Shown: positions 46,238 through 55,683 of the stretch, one piece after another | Position numbering within the stretch: the stretch's first letter is position 1 | Layout of the letters: each line of letters begins with the position of its first letter | From: Stieleria marina | Lineage (GTDB): Bacteria; Planctomycetota; Planctomycetia; Pirellulales; Pirellulaceae | Reading direction: 5' to 3' | DNA: 64,000 bases | Assembly (NCBI RefSeq): GCF_007741555.1 | Contig: NZ_CP036526.1 | Coordinates: forward strand, 6,559,719 to 6,623,718 | Program-made: the position numbers and the translations under genes | Notes under the pieces: model-generated | What the model saw: only the letters and a program-made list of their open reading frames with translations | The model's database searches: none | What the model was told of the DNA's origin: nothing

Positions 46238-46824
46238 GACGCGGCCGATTCAGTAACATGGGATGTGAGCGTGACGAAGTTTTCAATGACCTTCATGCCG
46301 TGATCACTCAGGACCGATTCAGGATGAAACTGGACGCCAAAAACCGGGCGTGTTCGATGACGGACCCCCATGATGATCCCATCTTCGGTCGTCGCACTGA
46401 CTTCTAATTCGTCAGGCAAATAACATTGATCGATCGCTAGCGAATGGTACCGACCGACTGACATCGGCGATGGACAATCCTTAAAAACACCTTGCTCATC
46501 ATGTCGGATCTGGGTGGCCATGCCGTGCATCGGCCCGCATTGATGCACCTTGCCACCAAATGCAACTGCGATGGACTGATGGCCCAAACAGACCCCCAGG
46601 ATCGGCATACGTTCGTCGATTCCCTGAATCACTTCCACACTGCAGCCAGCATCCTGAGGCCCCTTGGGCCCTGGCGACAAGACAATGGCTGTCGGTCGTA
46701 GCGAAGTGCAGGTTGCAAGATCAATCGCATCACTTCGAACGACCTTGGTCTCGCAACCAGCGATGCGAAAGAATCGCGCCAAGTTGTGGACGAAGGAGTC
46801 GTGATTGTCCAGCAACAGAATCAT
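46234..46824 (-). CDS. Class I glutamine amidotransferase, anthranilate/aminodeoxychorismate synthase component II type (TrpG/PabA-like)
   Basis: MILLLDNHDSFVHNLARFF..., catalytic LGVCLGHQSIAVAFGG, C-terminal ...FGVQFHPESVL. Confidence 0.8.
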   Translation of the reverse strand: MILLLDNHDSFVHNLARFFRIAGCETKVVRSDAIDLATCTSLRPTAIVLSPGPKGPQDAGCSVEVIQGIDERMPILGVCLGHQSIAVAFGGKVHQCGPMHGMATQIRHDEQGVFKDCPSPMSVGRYHSLAIDQCYLPDELEVSATTEDGIIMGVRHRTRPVFGVQFHPESVLSDHGMKVIENFVTLTSHVTESAAS

Positions 46825-46962
46825 GGCTGCAGAAAACAGTCGTTATAAAAAAGGTGGATTGGCTGCTTCAACAAGGTAGACAATCCACTCCCAGGCACAC
46901 AGGACACTCCGCAATAACCAGGGCATCGGTGGTGCCTCGCCAAGCCGACCGTCCAACTGTTG

Positions 46963-47439
46963 CTAACGACGTGGCTTGGCGAATTTGACTTTTTCGATCA
47001 GTTTGATGATCTCGTCACCATTCTTGTAACCGCTGACAGAAGTAATCGCTTCGATGATGTACGCATACCGCAAGTTGTAGTCGGTATCGATTTCGATTTC
47101 GGGTCCATCGTTACCTTCGGCAGGTGCTCCCGTCCCAACCAGCTGCAACACTTGGCTACGCAGCGCGGTAAAGTCCGTCCCCATGTCGATCTCGTTAAGC
47201 GACATCGACGCGAGCGATCCTTCGGGCGTAGCACGCATGCGCAATTTCAACGGCAAGTCTGTCGGATCCGACACCGCACTGCTATCACCAGCCAGCGGCA
47301 TGCGAATGCTAAAGTCACCTTCCATTTCGACGATCTTGAACGTCATCACAAAGAACACGAGCAGCAGAAAGACGATGTCAATCATGCTGGTCATGTTCAG
47401 CTCTTGCTTCTCCTGCTCAGCCTTGTTGCGGATTTTCAT
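46963..47439 (-). CDS. exbD: ExbD/TolR family biopolymer transport protein
   Basis: LNMTSMIDIVFLLLVFFVMTF (single TM) plus the periplasmic ExbD domain. Confidence 0.8.
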   Translation of the reverse strand: MKIRNKAEQEKQELNMTSMIDIVFLLLVFFVMTFKIVEMEGDFSIRMPLAGDSSAVSDPTDLPLKLRMRATPEGSLASMSLNEIDMGTDFTALRSQVLQLVGTGAPAEGNDGPEIEIDTDYNLRYAYIIEAITSVSGYKNGDEIIKLIEKVKFAKPRR

Positions 47440-47873
47440 GATCGATCCTCCTTGGCTCGCAGGGCAAAGTTAACGAACTGCTCGTCCTGTGCGACCTTGA
47501 TGATTTCTTGGACATCACCTGCCGCCGTATCTTGATGAGCACGAATGATAATGTTGGCGTCTTGTGGGCCTTTGTCTTCGGCCCGCATCACGGCCAATTC
47601 TTGCTTCAGTCCGGTCGAAAGCGTGTCCGCGGTAAAGCTGTCTCCGCCCAAAATGACTTCTCCATCCCTAGCAACGTGCAAGATGATGGCGAAATCCAAC
47701 GGCGCCTCAGGCGGCTTCACCAACTGGCTCGATGGCAACACAACCTTGTCATTGGATTCAGTTTGCGCAAAGTTAATCAACACCATAAAAAAGGCGATCA
47801 ACTGAAACGTCATGTCGATCATCGGCGTCAAATCGCCTTCGGCCAAATCAGGCTTCTTCGATTTTACTCTCAT
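47436..47873 (-). CDS. exbD: ExbD/TolR family biopolymer transport protein (second copy)
   Basis: LTPMIDMTFQLIAFFMVLINF plus the ExbD periplasmic domain. 4-nt overlap with the downstream exbD. Confidence 0.8.
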   Translation of the reverse strand: MRVKSKKPDLAEGDLTPMIDMTFQLIAFFMVLINFAQTESNDKVVLPSSQLVKPPEAPLDFAIILHVARDGEVILGGDSFTADTLSTGLKQELAVMRAEDKGPQDANIIIRAHQDTAAGDVQEIIKVAQDEQFVNFALRAKEDRS

Positions 47874-47876
47874 CGA

Positions 47877-48848
47877 TCACTCACCTTCTTGGGGCGTGAA
47901 ATCCTCAAATCGGCTCATCAGGTTTTCGCTGGTCACGCCGACTTCTAGCAGCAAACGTGCGACGCGGTTTCGCAAAATGTTGTAGGCCGCAATCGCTGGA
48001 ATCGCGATCGCCAATCCAACCAAGGTCGTGAACAACGCAGTCGAAATCCCCTTTGCCAAGTCAGCTGGTTTAGGTGCCGACGGGCTGGTCGCGATCACGC
48101 GGAACGACGCGATCATACCTTGAACCGTTCCAAACAATCCGATCATCGGACTCAGGTTGCCGATCAGAGCCATGTAGCTCAAGCGGTGTTCCAATTTCAT
48201 GCTCTCTTCTTCGCCGACTTCTTGCATGCCTTCGAGAGCTTTGTTGTAGCCTCGCGACAGTTTTGCTAGGCCGGCCGAAAGGACCTGACCAAGAACCGAC
48301 TCGTCGGTGCGTGCCATGTCATAGGCTTCTTGAAACTCTTTTTCATTCAGTTTTTCTTCAAAGCTCTCGACCAGCTCCTGGGGGCATAGCGTCTCGCGGC
48401 GAGCGGCCAGCATGTTCATCACAAACAGGGACACCAACGTGACAGACAAAGCCAAAAAGATCAGCAAGTACATGTAGCCGAGCGAATCGATGATCCACAT
48501 CAGCAAACTTTGATCTTCGGCGCCCGCCGCCGCTCCATCGCCTGCAGCAGCCCCTCCTGCTGCAGCATTACCAGCTGCGGCGTCGCCTGCGCCTGGGTCG
48601 TCCGCCACAGCAGCCGGTGCGGGAGCAGCGAATTCGTCGGCGGCGTCATCTTGAGCCATCGACATTGTCGTCAGCCCCAACGACGTCAACAGCGCAATCA
48701 AACACAGAGCGGCACGGATCGAAAGGGTTGGAGAGAGTGCAAGGCTGCGAGCAAGTGCGGTTTCGTGCATCTGATCGGCCGAAGCTTTGTTTTGCGAAGC
48801 ATTGCCGACATCATTGCGGCGAGGGGAACCACTAGCGTTGGACATCAA
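47877..48848 (-). CDS. exbB: MotA/TolQ/ExbB proton-channel family protein
   Basis: Ala/Gly-rich N-terminal low-complexity region, then three TM helices with the MotA_ExbB signature (...ALIGNLSPMIGLFGTVQGMIASF...TALFTTLVGLAIAIPAIAAYN). Confidence 0.8.
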   Translation of the reverse strand: MMSNASGSPRRNDVGNASQNKASADQMHETALARSLALSPTLSIRAALCLIALLTSLGLTTMSMAQDDAADEFAAPAPAAVADDPGAGDAAAGNAAAGGAAAGDGAAAGAEDQSLLMWIIDSLGYMYLLIFLALSVTLVSLFVMNMLAARRETLCPQELVESFEEKLNEKEFQEAYDMARTDESVLGQVLSAGLAKLSRGYNKALEGMQEVGEEESMKLEHRLSYMALIGNLSPMIGLFGTVQGMIASFRVIATSPSAPKPADLAKGISTALFTTLVGLAIAIPAIAAYNILRNRVARLLLEVGVTSENLMSRFEDFTPQEGE

Positions 48849-49070
48849 CGGAGCACTCCATGAGTTGTAAAAGGGGGGAGCTTAAGATTTAAGAGAAGTC
48901 GATTGGGGTCGCCAAGAACTTGGAGAACATTGAGGTTCGCAAACTGGCCGGAAAAAACCGCGTCATAGCAACTCAAGCCCTTTAGAACACAATAGTCTAA
49001 CAAACGCACAGGAACACGTTTGAATTGGCCGCTTATTTGTAGTGACCGGCGGCATGCCTTGGCCAGAGCG

Positions 49071-49676
49071 TCAAAATTTCCAGGGCTGGTCGCTGGCCAC
49101 CAGTGGTTTGGCAAGCAGTGGGTTGTCGGGGTCGACAGCTGGCCCAACAGGCAGCTCGGACGGCACGGGTGGTTTGTCTTGCTCGCTGGCCGCATCAGCA
49201 TCACGCAGCTGATCAATATCTTGCAGGGAATCGACGAAAGCCATTTCCGACTTTTCAGTCTGGTGCGCCATGAGCGATCCCGCCAAACCGGCCAACGCAA
49301 ACAGTGTCATGACGGCAATCGTGATCGATACCGGTTGCTGTGCTTCCTGGGGCGACCAACTAAGCAAAAATATCAGCATGAAGATCGCCGCCGGAAAAAC
49401 CAAGCAAACCCAGGCGAACCAACGGAACCGTGGTAACCCGGCGGGCAGTGTCACATAAAACAACACGCAACCGTAGACCAGCATTACAGGCCCGCTACCA
49501 ATGATTGACTCGATGTCGAAAAACGCCAGCGTGGTCCCCAGCAGCATCAGCGGAATCGCAGCGGCGACCAGAAAAAGACAAACCTTGGCACGGACCGTCC
49601 GCGGCGGCAACGCGAACTGCGAATTGTCGCGAGACGGATCAGCCGTCGTAACGGCGTACGGATTTTGGTCCATCAC
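49071..49676 (-). CDS. Hypothetical polytopic membrane protein
   Basis: Four hydrophobic segments (CLFLVAAAIPLMLLGTTLAFF, VMLVYGCVLFYVTLPAGL, FAWVCLVFPAAIFMLIFLL, VMTLFALAGLAGSLM). The overlapping minus-strand ORF 48845-49300 is judged spurious. Confidence 0.45.
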   Translation of the reverse strand: MMDQNPYAVTTADPSRDNSQFALPPRTVRAKVCLFLVAAAIPLMLLGTTLAFFDIESIIGSGPVMLVYGCVLFYVTLPAGLPRFRWFAWVCLVFPAAIFMLIFLLSWSPQEAQQPVSITIAVMTLFALAGLAGSLMAHQTEKSEMAFVDSLQDIDQLRDADAASEQDKPPVPSELPVGPAVDPDNPLLAKPLVASDQPWKF

Positions 49677-49720
49677 GAGGAGTTCGTTTTCAATGGTAAA
49701 GGAAACTTCCTGCCACCGGG

Positions 49721-50800
49721 TTACTTGCCGTATCCCGGATAGCGGTTCTGCAACTCTTGTCTTGCTTCGGCCGCTCGCTCAGGCTTGCCAACCGTCGGCC
49801 ACAGTTCAACCAAATGGGACAAGGCTTCTGCATGGGCCCCCGGCTCAGTCGAAAACATCAGGTGCGTGTGCAAATAGGCCATGATCGCGCCTTCTTTGTC
49901 TCCCGATGCGACGTAGCAATCGCCTTGTGCGTTGTAGATCCGAGCCGCCATTTCGACGTCGGTCGGGTTAAGCGTTTCGATCAAAGAACTGACTAGTGAC
50001 AGACCTTCGGCGCCCTGACCACTCTTTGCTAACGCGACAGCTTTCCCCGCTTTGGAAAGCGTCTGCAGCCGTACTGCTCCAGGCGTGGCGGCTTTGATTC
50101 CAATGATCTTGTCAAATTCGGCCAGCGCCTCACTATTCTGTCCTTGAGCAAGCATGGTGAGCCCGACCAAGTAAACGGAGTCGATTTTCATCTCCGTCGT
50201 CGGGGCGTTACGAAGTGACCCGTAAAAACGTGCGGCTTGCTGAGGATTGTTCATTGCGAGCGCTAAATCACCCAGCAATTTGGCGACATCATAAAAATGC
50301 CACGAGTCTCCGTTTTGCTGAACAAAGGACATTGCCATTTTGACGGCTTCGCCTTTGTCGCCGCGTCCTGCCAAAGCCATCTTGGCCTTGCACAACGTCA
50401 TGTAAAACACGGCATCGGTTTTTCCAAGATCGCGTTTGATTTTGCTGATGTCGATCTTTTCCAGCTCTTCAAGTGCCTGATCGTACTGACCATCCAACGC
50501 AAACTCACGTCCTTTGGTTAGCCCGCTTGGATCGCCTTGCAACAGAATTTTGGCGATGTCTCCGGCAGGAAACTTTTTGACGTTGCCGCCCATTTTCAAT
50601 TCGATGCCGTTCTTAGTGACCGTTTCGATCTGGCCACGTTGCGACTTGGTGCTGCTTTGCACATAGACTTGGTCATTCTGCGCGTGTGCTTGCCGGGCGG
50701 AAACGAAGCAACAGGCGACCGCCAGGGTGATCGTGGCGATGCGTTGGATGCAAAAGAGTCGGTCGGTTGGACCAGAATCAGTTAGACGAAGATCGTTCAT
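49721..50800 (-). CDS. Secreted TPR-repeat protein
   Basis: Signal peptide (IATITLAVACCFVSARQAHAQ) and multiple TPR-like helical repeats. Confidence 0.65.
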   Translation of the reverse strand: MNDLRLTDSGPTDRLFCIQRIATITLAVACCFVSARQAHAQNDQVYVQSSTKSQRGQIETVTKNGIELKMGGNVKKFPAGDIAKILLQGDPSGLTKGREFALDGQYDQALEELEKIDISKIKRDLGKTDAVFYMTLCKAKMALAGRGDKGEAVKMAMSFVQQNGDSWHFYDVAKLLGDLALAMNNPQQAARFYGSLRNAPTTEMKIDSVYLVGLTMLAQGQNSEALAEFDKIIGIKAATPGAVRLQTLSKAGKAVALAKSGQGAEGLSLVSSLIETLNPTDVEMAARIYNAQGDCYVASGDKEGAIMAYLHTHLMFSTEPGAHAEALSHLVELWPTVGKPERAAEARQELQNRYPGYGK

Positions 50801-50907
50801 AGACAGTTAACAGGCGTATCGAAAAAGTGATTCTAAATTGTGCGGCGAAATGAATTCGCGTTGATCGCAATGGGTTGTGTAGGTTCGCAGGGCAAAACGC
50901 TGGGTGA

Positions 50908-53900
50908 TTATGCCGCTGCTTTGGCCGCGGCAGGCTTGAACGGTTTCAAGCCAGTTGGCTTTTCACCAACGGCTTTCTGGACTTCTTTTAGCAACGCATC
51001 AAACTTTGCGCGTTGCTCGGCGCCGCCCATGTCTGGGTAAAGAGCTTCAATTTGTGTGATGTCCTTGATCGCTTGCGACATGGTCGCCTTCTTGTTGGCT
51101 TTTTTGCCTTCCAAGTATCGGCACAGCCCGACGTGGTAACGGGCCTGAAAAAACTTGTCGCGAAACTCTTTTCGACCATTGGTCTGTTTGCTGATCAAAC
51201 CCCAGCCCCAGATAACGTTTTTACCATTGGCACCGGGGCGACCACCCGAAAGTGCAGCGTTGTAAACACGCGACGAAAGCCCCGCGTTCTTTTGCTCGCC
51301 GGCCCAATACTCGTAGGCCAAGGCGGCTTCGATCTGCGCGTCCAGCATCATTTGGTTTTGCTTCAAGATGGCTTCCAATTCAGAAAGGGCTGATTTGTAC
51401 TGCCCGAGCAATCGCAGTGCGCTGGCGTACTGATACCGTTTCGACAGATCATTGCCCATTTGCTTCTTGAAAATATCGGCGGCGGATTGGATCAATTCAG
51501 CAGCCTGACCGGTCGCCTTGAATGCGCCTGGCGGCATGGCTTCTTTGCCCATCACGATCAATGTTTGCCCGGCCCAATTCAGAGTGGCTTCGTCATTCGT
51601 TGTTTCAACCATTCGCTGCAGAAACACTTTGAAAACTTTGATCAGCTTGTCCTTCTTGGCCGGAGGTGCCGTTTTCAGTTCATTGCTCAAGTCCTGTGCC
51701 ATCCGGCGGTAAATGCGACTGAGTTTTTCCTGCCCGGTCTTGCCCGGATACGCCGCTCGGAGTTCTTCCATCACTCCGGTTGACCGTTTCAACAATGCTT
51801 CGGGATCGTCGGCGGCGATCATTTCGGCAAACAGAACTTTGATCGCAATGCTGTAGAGGTCGCCGGTAAAGTTCTTGTTGGGCGGCCCCTGAGATTTGAT
51901 CAATTTCATCGGCCCGTATCGGGGATGATCAAGAACCTTGATCGCCTCGCTGCTGTTGTCTTGTTCTTGGTAAACACGTGCCAATACGACCGCCGCCTGC
52001 ATGGCTTCGCCCGGGATCAAGTTTCCGGAAATCGAATCCAATCCCGTCTGCAAAACTTGAGCAGCGTCAGCGACAATCGGTGCGGCTTGATCGCCCTTGC
52101 CATCGATTCGCATCTTCAGTGCCCGGTTGTAAAGTAGTTGCCCCAGCAGTCGCTGAAAGGTGCCTTGTTCGGGGCCTTTCTTCATTTCGGCAATCAGCTT
52201 CTTGGCTCCCTCGTAGTCATCTTTTTGTAGCAGTAGCTGAATACGGACTCCCTGCGCTTTGGCGGCGTCGGGATTGTCGGGCCAAGTCTCCATCAGGAAA
52301 TCGCCAAGCTGCTCCAGTTGAGTCAGCAGTCCATCATTTTCGTCTTTGGGGACATCAATCAACAAAAACTGCAGCGATGTGAGCGCCCACAGCCCGCCTT
52401 GCAATCCTGCTTCGGTGCCCGGTGCGTTGCGTGCCAAATAGCTCCCCACCACGACAGTGTCGCGATACTGTTTTTGACGATACAGCGTGTAAGCCAAAAA
52501 GTGCCTTGCTTGCGTAAGCAAACCGGTATCGGTTCGCGAATGGGCCATCCCCAAACCCGCCCGCAATATTTGGACGCCAATGCTGTAGGTGTTGCGAAGG
52601 TCGTCCTGCAACGCTTCTTTCTGAGCCTTCAGTTCGTCGGTCTCTTTTTCTTGGTCAAGCAACTTCAACGACTCTTCGATGTTTTGCGTTGCAGCGAGAA
52701 TCGTGCGGGCCGAATCGAGAGCGTCCTGCAAACTTTTGGGTTGTTCCGCGGTAGGCAGTTTTGCTTCCTCTTGAGTGATCCCCAGTCCGGAGAGCAGTTG
52801 CTTGACTTCTTCGGTGTGCGCGCCAGGTATCTTGGCAGCCTCATTGAGCAACGTGCGACCACTGGACTTTGCGCGTTTCATGTCCGTGGCTTTTTGATTG
52901 TCTTTGTCCACCGATTTGGCGAGGTAGGCTTTTGCCAAAGCCACTCTCAAGCGTTGCACGCTGGTGGCCGTTTTTTCGTTTGGCCGGATGCCTTTTTCCA
53001 GCGGTTTGCCAACATCAATTCCCGCTTGGAATTTCGATGGCGACTCGCCCATATAAATATTGATCAAACCGGCCGCAGCCTCGAACTTGGCGTCACGCAA
53101 CGGATCGGCGTCGATCGTTTCGACCATTTCCTTGTAGTGCTCGATCGCTTTGGACTTGTTGCCAAGCAACTCTTGAATTTGCCCTAAGTACAGCGTCGCG
53201 ATCGCGCCTTGCGAATAATTGGCGTACTTGTCCGCCATTTCGGTGAAGCGTTTAAGAGCCTCATCCAAAATCGGCTTGGCTTGCTTCGGGGGATCGTCGA
53301 ATGTCTTGGCCGCCAGCACGCGAGTTTCGCCCGCGCTGACTTGTGCTTGCAAATACTCGAATCGGTAGGTGTCTCGCAGCGACGCCTTTTCGGGTTCATT
53401 GTCCGGGTCAATCTTCTGGCCCTTCATCTCGGCAAGCTTTGCCTTCAAGTTTTCGATAATAGCATCGAACGTTTTCACCGACGCGAGGTAGTGCTTGCGT
53501 GCCTGTTCGGATTTTTCAGCATCGACTTCGCCCATCAAACTTTGATTGCCGCGAAACAACTGTAGCTTTCCAAGTTGGATCTGCGCTTCGGACGCACGTG
53601 GGTGATTGGCTTTCTGCAGAAATTCGCTCAAGCTGGTCTCGGCATCGTCCAAGAACTGCTCCCGCTCCTGGTTGCTTCGCGACGCAACGGCGGCATCAAT
53701 GAACGTCTGGGCCTTTTCCAGCGATACCGCGCTCATCAATTCGGGGTCGACGCCAGGGTACTGGTCCAAGCGGTTTAAGTAAGCGATCGCGGTGTCAAAA
53801 TAGCGAGCCGCACGCAACCGTTTCAGAAAGTCCTCTGCCGGTTCGCCATCCGCCCGCGCGAAATGGGAAGTCACGCTGACGTTTGCAACGACAGCGGCTA

Positions 53901-53964
53901 GAAAACAAGCAGACCAGAATCGGCGGCTGAGCAATGGCATGGACAGTGCAGGCTTGGCGGTCAA
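50908..53964 (-). CDS. Large secreted TPR-repeat protein (1018 aa)
   Basis: Signal peptide (LLSRRFWSACFLAAVVANVSVTSHFARA). Numerous TPR-like repeats throughout. Confidence 0.65.
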   Translation of the reverse strand: MTAKPALSMPLLSRRFWSACFLAAVVANVSVTSHFARADGEPAEDFLKRLRAARYFDTAIAYLNRLDQYPGVDPELMSAVSLEKAQTFIDAAVASRSNQEREQFLDDAETSLSEFLQKANHPRASEAQIQLGKLQLFRGNQSLMGEVDAEKSEQARKHYLASVKTFDAIIENLKAKLAEMKGQKIDPDNEPEKASLRDTYRFEYLQAQVSAGETRVLAAKTFDDPPKQAKPILDEALKRFTEMADKYANYSQGAIATLYLGQIQELLGNKSKAIEHYKEMVETIDADPLRDAKFEAAAGLINIYMGESPSKFQAGIDVGKPLEKGIRPNEKTATSVQRLRVALAKAYLAKSVDKDNQKATDMKRAKSSGRTLLNEAAKIPGAHTEEVKQLLSGLGITQEEAKLPTAEQPKSLQDALDSARTILAATQNIEESLKLLDQEKETDELKAQKEALQDDLRNTYSIGVQILRAGLGMAHSRTDTGLLTQARHFLAYTLYRQKQYRDTVVVGSYLARNAPGTEAGLQGGLWALTSLQFLLIDVPKDENDGLLTQLEQLGDFLMETWPDNPDAAKAQGVRIQLLLQKDDYEGAKKLIAEMKKGPEQGTFQRLLGQLLYNRALKMRIDGKGDQAAPIVADAAQVLQTGLDSISGNLIPGEAMQAAVVLARVYQEQDNSSEAIKVLDHPRYGPMKLIKSQGPPNKNFTGDLYSIAIKVLFAEMIAADDPEALLKRSTGVMEELRAAYPGKTGQEKLSRIYRRMAQDLSNELKTAPPAKKDKLIKVFKVFLQRMVETTNDEATLNWAGQTLIVMGKEAMPPGAFKATGQAAELIQSAADIFKKQMGNDLSKRYQYASALRLLGQYKSALSELEAILKQNQMMLDAQIEAALAYEYWAGEQKNAGLSSRVYNAALSGGRPGANGKNVIWGWGLISKQTNGRKEFRDKFFQARYHVGLCRYLEGKKANKKATMSQAIKDITQIEALYPDMGGAEQRAKFDALLKEVQKAVGEKPTGLKPFKPAAAKAAA

Positions 53965-54114
53965 ATATCAGATGAGTAGCGATGTGGCCTACGATTATGT
54001 CATCATTGAATCGTCATCTTCCTGACGCCGCCCGCCAAATCCGTGACAACCATTGCCAAACAGTTCAGGCATTCGTGCTTTTGTGATTCAATCGGCCACA
54101 ATATCTAGGGTAAA

Positions 54115-55644
54115 GTGGCATGCACAGTCCTTCAAGCGCCGCCCGGTCCCACCAGTGCTTTTCTGATGCGAATTCCCTCTCAGCTTAACGATGAATCGCT
54201 TTATGGCAGGCGTGGGCAATCGCGCCAATCGTCACAACCCAACGGCCAACCTTACCGACGGCTCGTCCGATTGTGCGTCGCTTTGGCACTGGTAGTCGTG
54301 GTGATGAAGCAAGCAAGCCATCCGGACGTGTACGAAACTTTCTTCGGAAACGAAGAAAACCATCTCGACGACAGCACAACAAATTCGGACCTGGCAACGA
54401 CAGCGGCTTCAAAAGCTGCCGTCCCCCCCTCTGCAGTGCCAGCACATGACGGTACAGCCCCAAACGATAAGACTGAAACTCAGGCTGACGATGCCGCCCA
54501 GCGACGAATTCCACTTTCAGAAGTTTCAACAGAAAGTCGGTCGGTTGCCAATCTGATCACACAGTCGCTGAGCCCGAACGAACAACGGCAATGGACCGTC
54601 GTGCTGGACCAGTGGCAGTCCAACGAAACAGTTCACGTGATCGCATCGATGGTGTCTGCCATGATCGATGTGGTCCAACAAACCGAAGGCATCGACGACG
54701 AGCAACGCTTGGCTTGGGTCGCGACCTTTCGTCGGTTTGGCGAGCGGCATGCAGCAGACGATGAAATTTTTGCCGGCGCTTACTCGGACACGACGACCAC
54801 ATTGGGTTCGGCTCCTGGCGCTGACAAAACGCTCGGCGACGAACCACCCCATCAAGAAGGTCAACCGAAACGAAATGACGCCGCAATCGACTCGCATTTC
54901 TTGTCGGCTTTTTTGGCGCAGCTAGACCAAGCTGCAACAGACCGTGTGGTCGACGGGGCCGTTTGGCGATCAGCCGACTTCGATGCCTTCTATCGCCAAC
55001 TGGATCTGGCCCCCCAGCTGGCAACCGATGGAGCGATCGGAGTGTCGGTCGTGCCGCTCATGCAACAGCCCAAAACCTACCTGGGCCAACGTGTCCGTGT
55101 TGGCGGGCAAGTTGTTCGCGCAGAGAAAAAAGTAGCAGCGGCAAACCCCTTCGGCGTCGACCACTACTGGGAACTTTGGGTACGCCCCAGCAACGGTGGC
55201 GATCGACCTTTCGTACTAATCGTTCCGGACGTCCCGGCCACTGTCGCCAAGATTGACGGAGAAACAAACGTCTACAAAGGCCCCGAGATCAAAGTCGTGG
55301 GTCGGTTTTTCAAACGACTGGCCTACGGATCCAAATTCGGCGCGGACGCTGCCCCCGTCATCATCGGCCGCGTCTTGGGACTTCGGAATCGGCAGGCAAA
55401 CGCAAAGGAGCGTTCGACTCGCAAAGCGGGATCGATCACCGGCACGACCGCGCGCGGCGACTTTCTTTTGATTGCTGCAATCGCCTCGTTGTTAGGTCTC
55501 ACTTTCGCAGCCAGCGTGATGTGGCGCACCAAAGTGTCCGCACGTCGTTCGCGGCAACTCCGGCAGTCGAATCGCCCCGGACCAGACCTATCGCTGATTA
55601 AATCATCGACCGCGCCGGACAATCCTATCGACCGCCCGCAATAG
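54115..55644 (+). CDS. Hypothetical protein with a C-terminal TM anchor; paralog of the following gene
   Basis: C-terminal domain (YLGQRVRVGGQVVRAEKK...VDHYWELWV...VVGRFFKRLAYGS...PVIIGRVLG), then TM (FLLIAAIASLLGLTFAASVMW) and a basic tail. The start could alternatively be Met18 (54166). Confidence 0.5.
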   Translation: MACTVLQAPPGPTSAFLMRIPSQLNDESLYGRRGQSRQSSQPNGQPYRRLVRLCVALALVVVVMKQASHPDVYETFFGNEENHLDDSTTNSDLATTAASKAAVPPSAVPAHDGTAPNDKTETQADDAAQRRIPLSEVSTESRSVANLITQSLSPNEQRQWTVVLDQWQSNETVHVIASMVSAMIDVVQQTEGIDDEQRLAWVATFRRFGERHAADDEIFAGAYSDTTTTLGSAPGADKTLGDEPPHQEGQPKRNDAAIDSHFLSAFLAQLDQAATDRVVDGAVWRSADFDAFYRQLDLAPQLATDGAIGVSVVPLMQQPKTYLGQRVRVGGQVVRAEKKVAAANPFGVDHYWELWVRPSNGGDRPFVLIVPDVPATVAKIDGETNVYKGPEIKVVGRFFKRLAYGSKFGADAAPVIIGRVLGLRNRQANAKERSTRKAGSITGTTARGDFLLIAAIASLLGLTFAASVMWRTKVSARRSRQLRQSNRPGPDLSLIKSSTAPDNPIDRPQ

Positions 55645-55683
55645 GCTGCCTCGCTGGATGACGCTAAGAACACTCTGCGAACA

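Noticed and set aside
48845-49300. Minus-strand ORF (151 aa) overlapping the 201-aa membrane-protein ORF in another frame
   Set aside because: Arg/Cys/Pro-rich composition with no domain. It overlaps a more plausible polytopic membrane protein, so it is probably a high-GC frame artefact.
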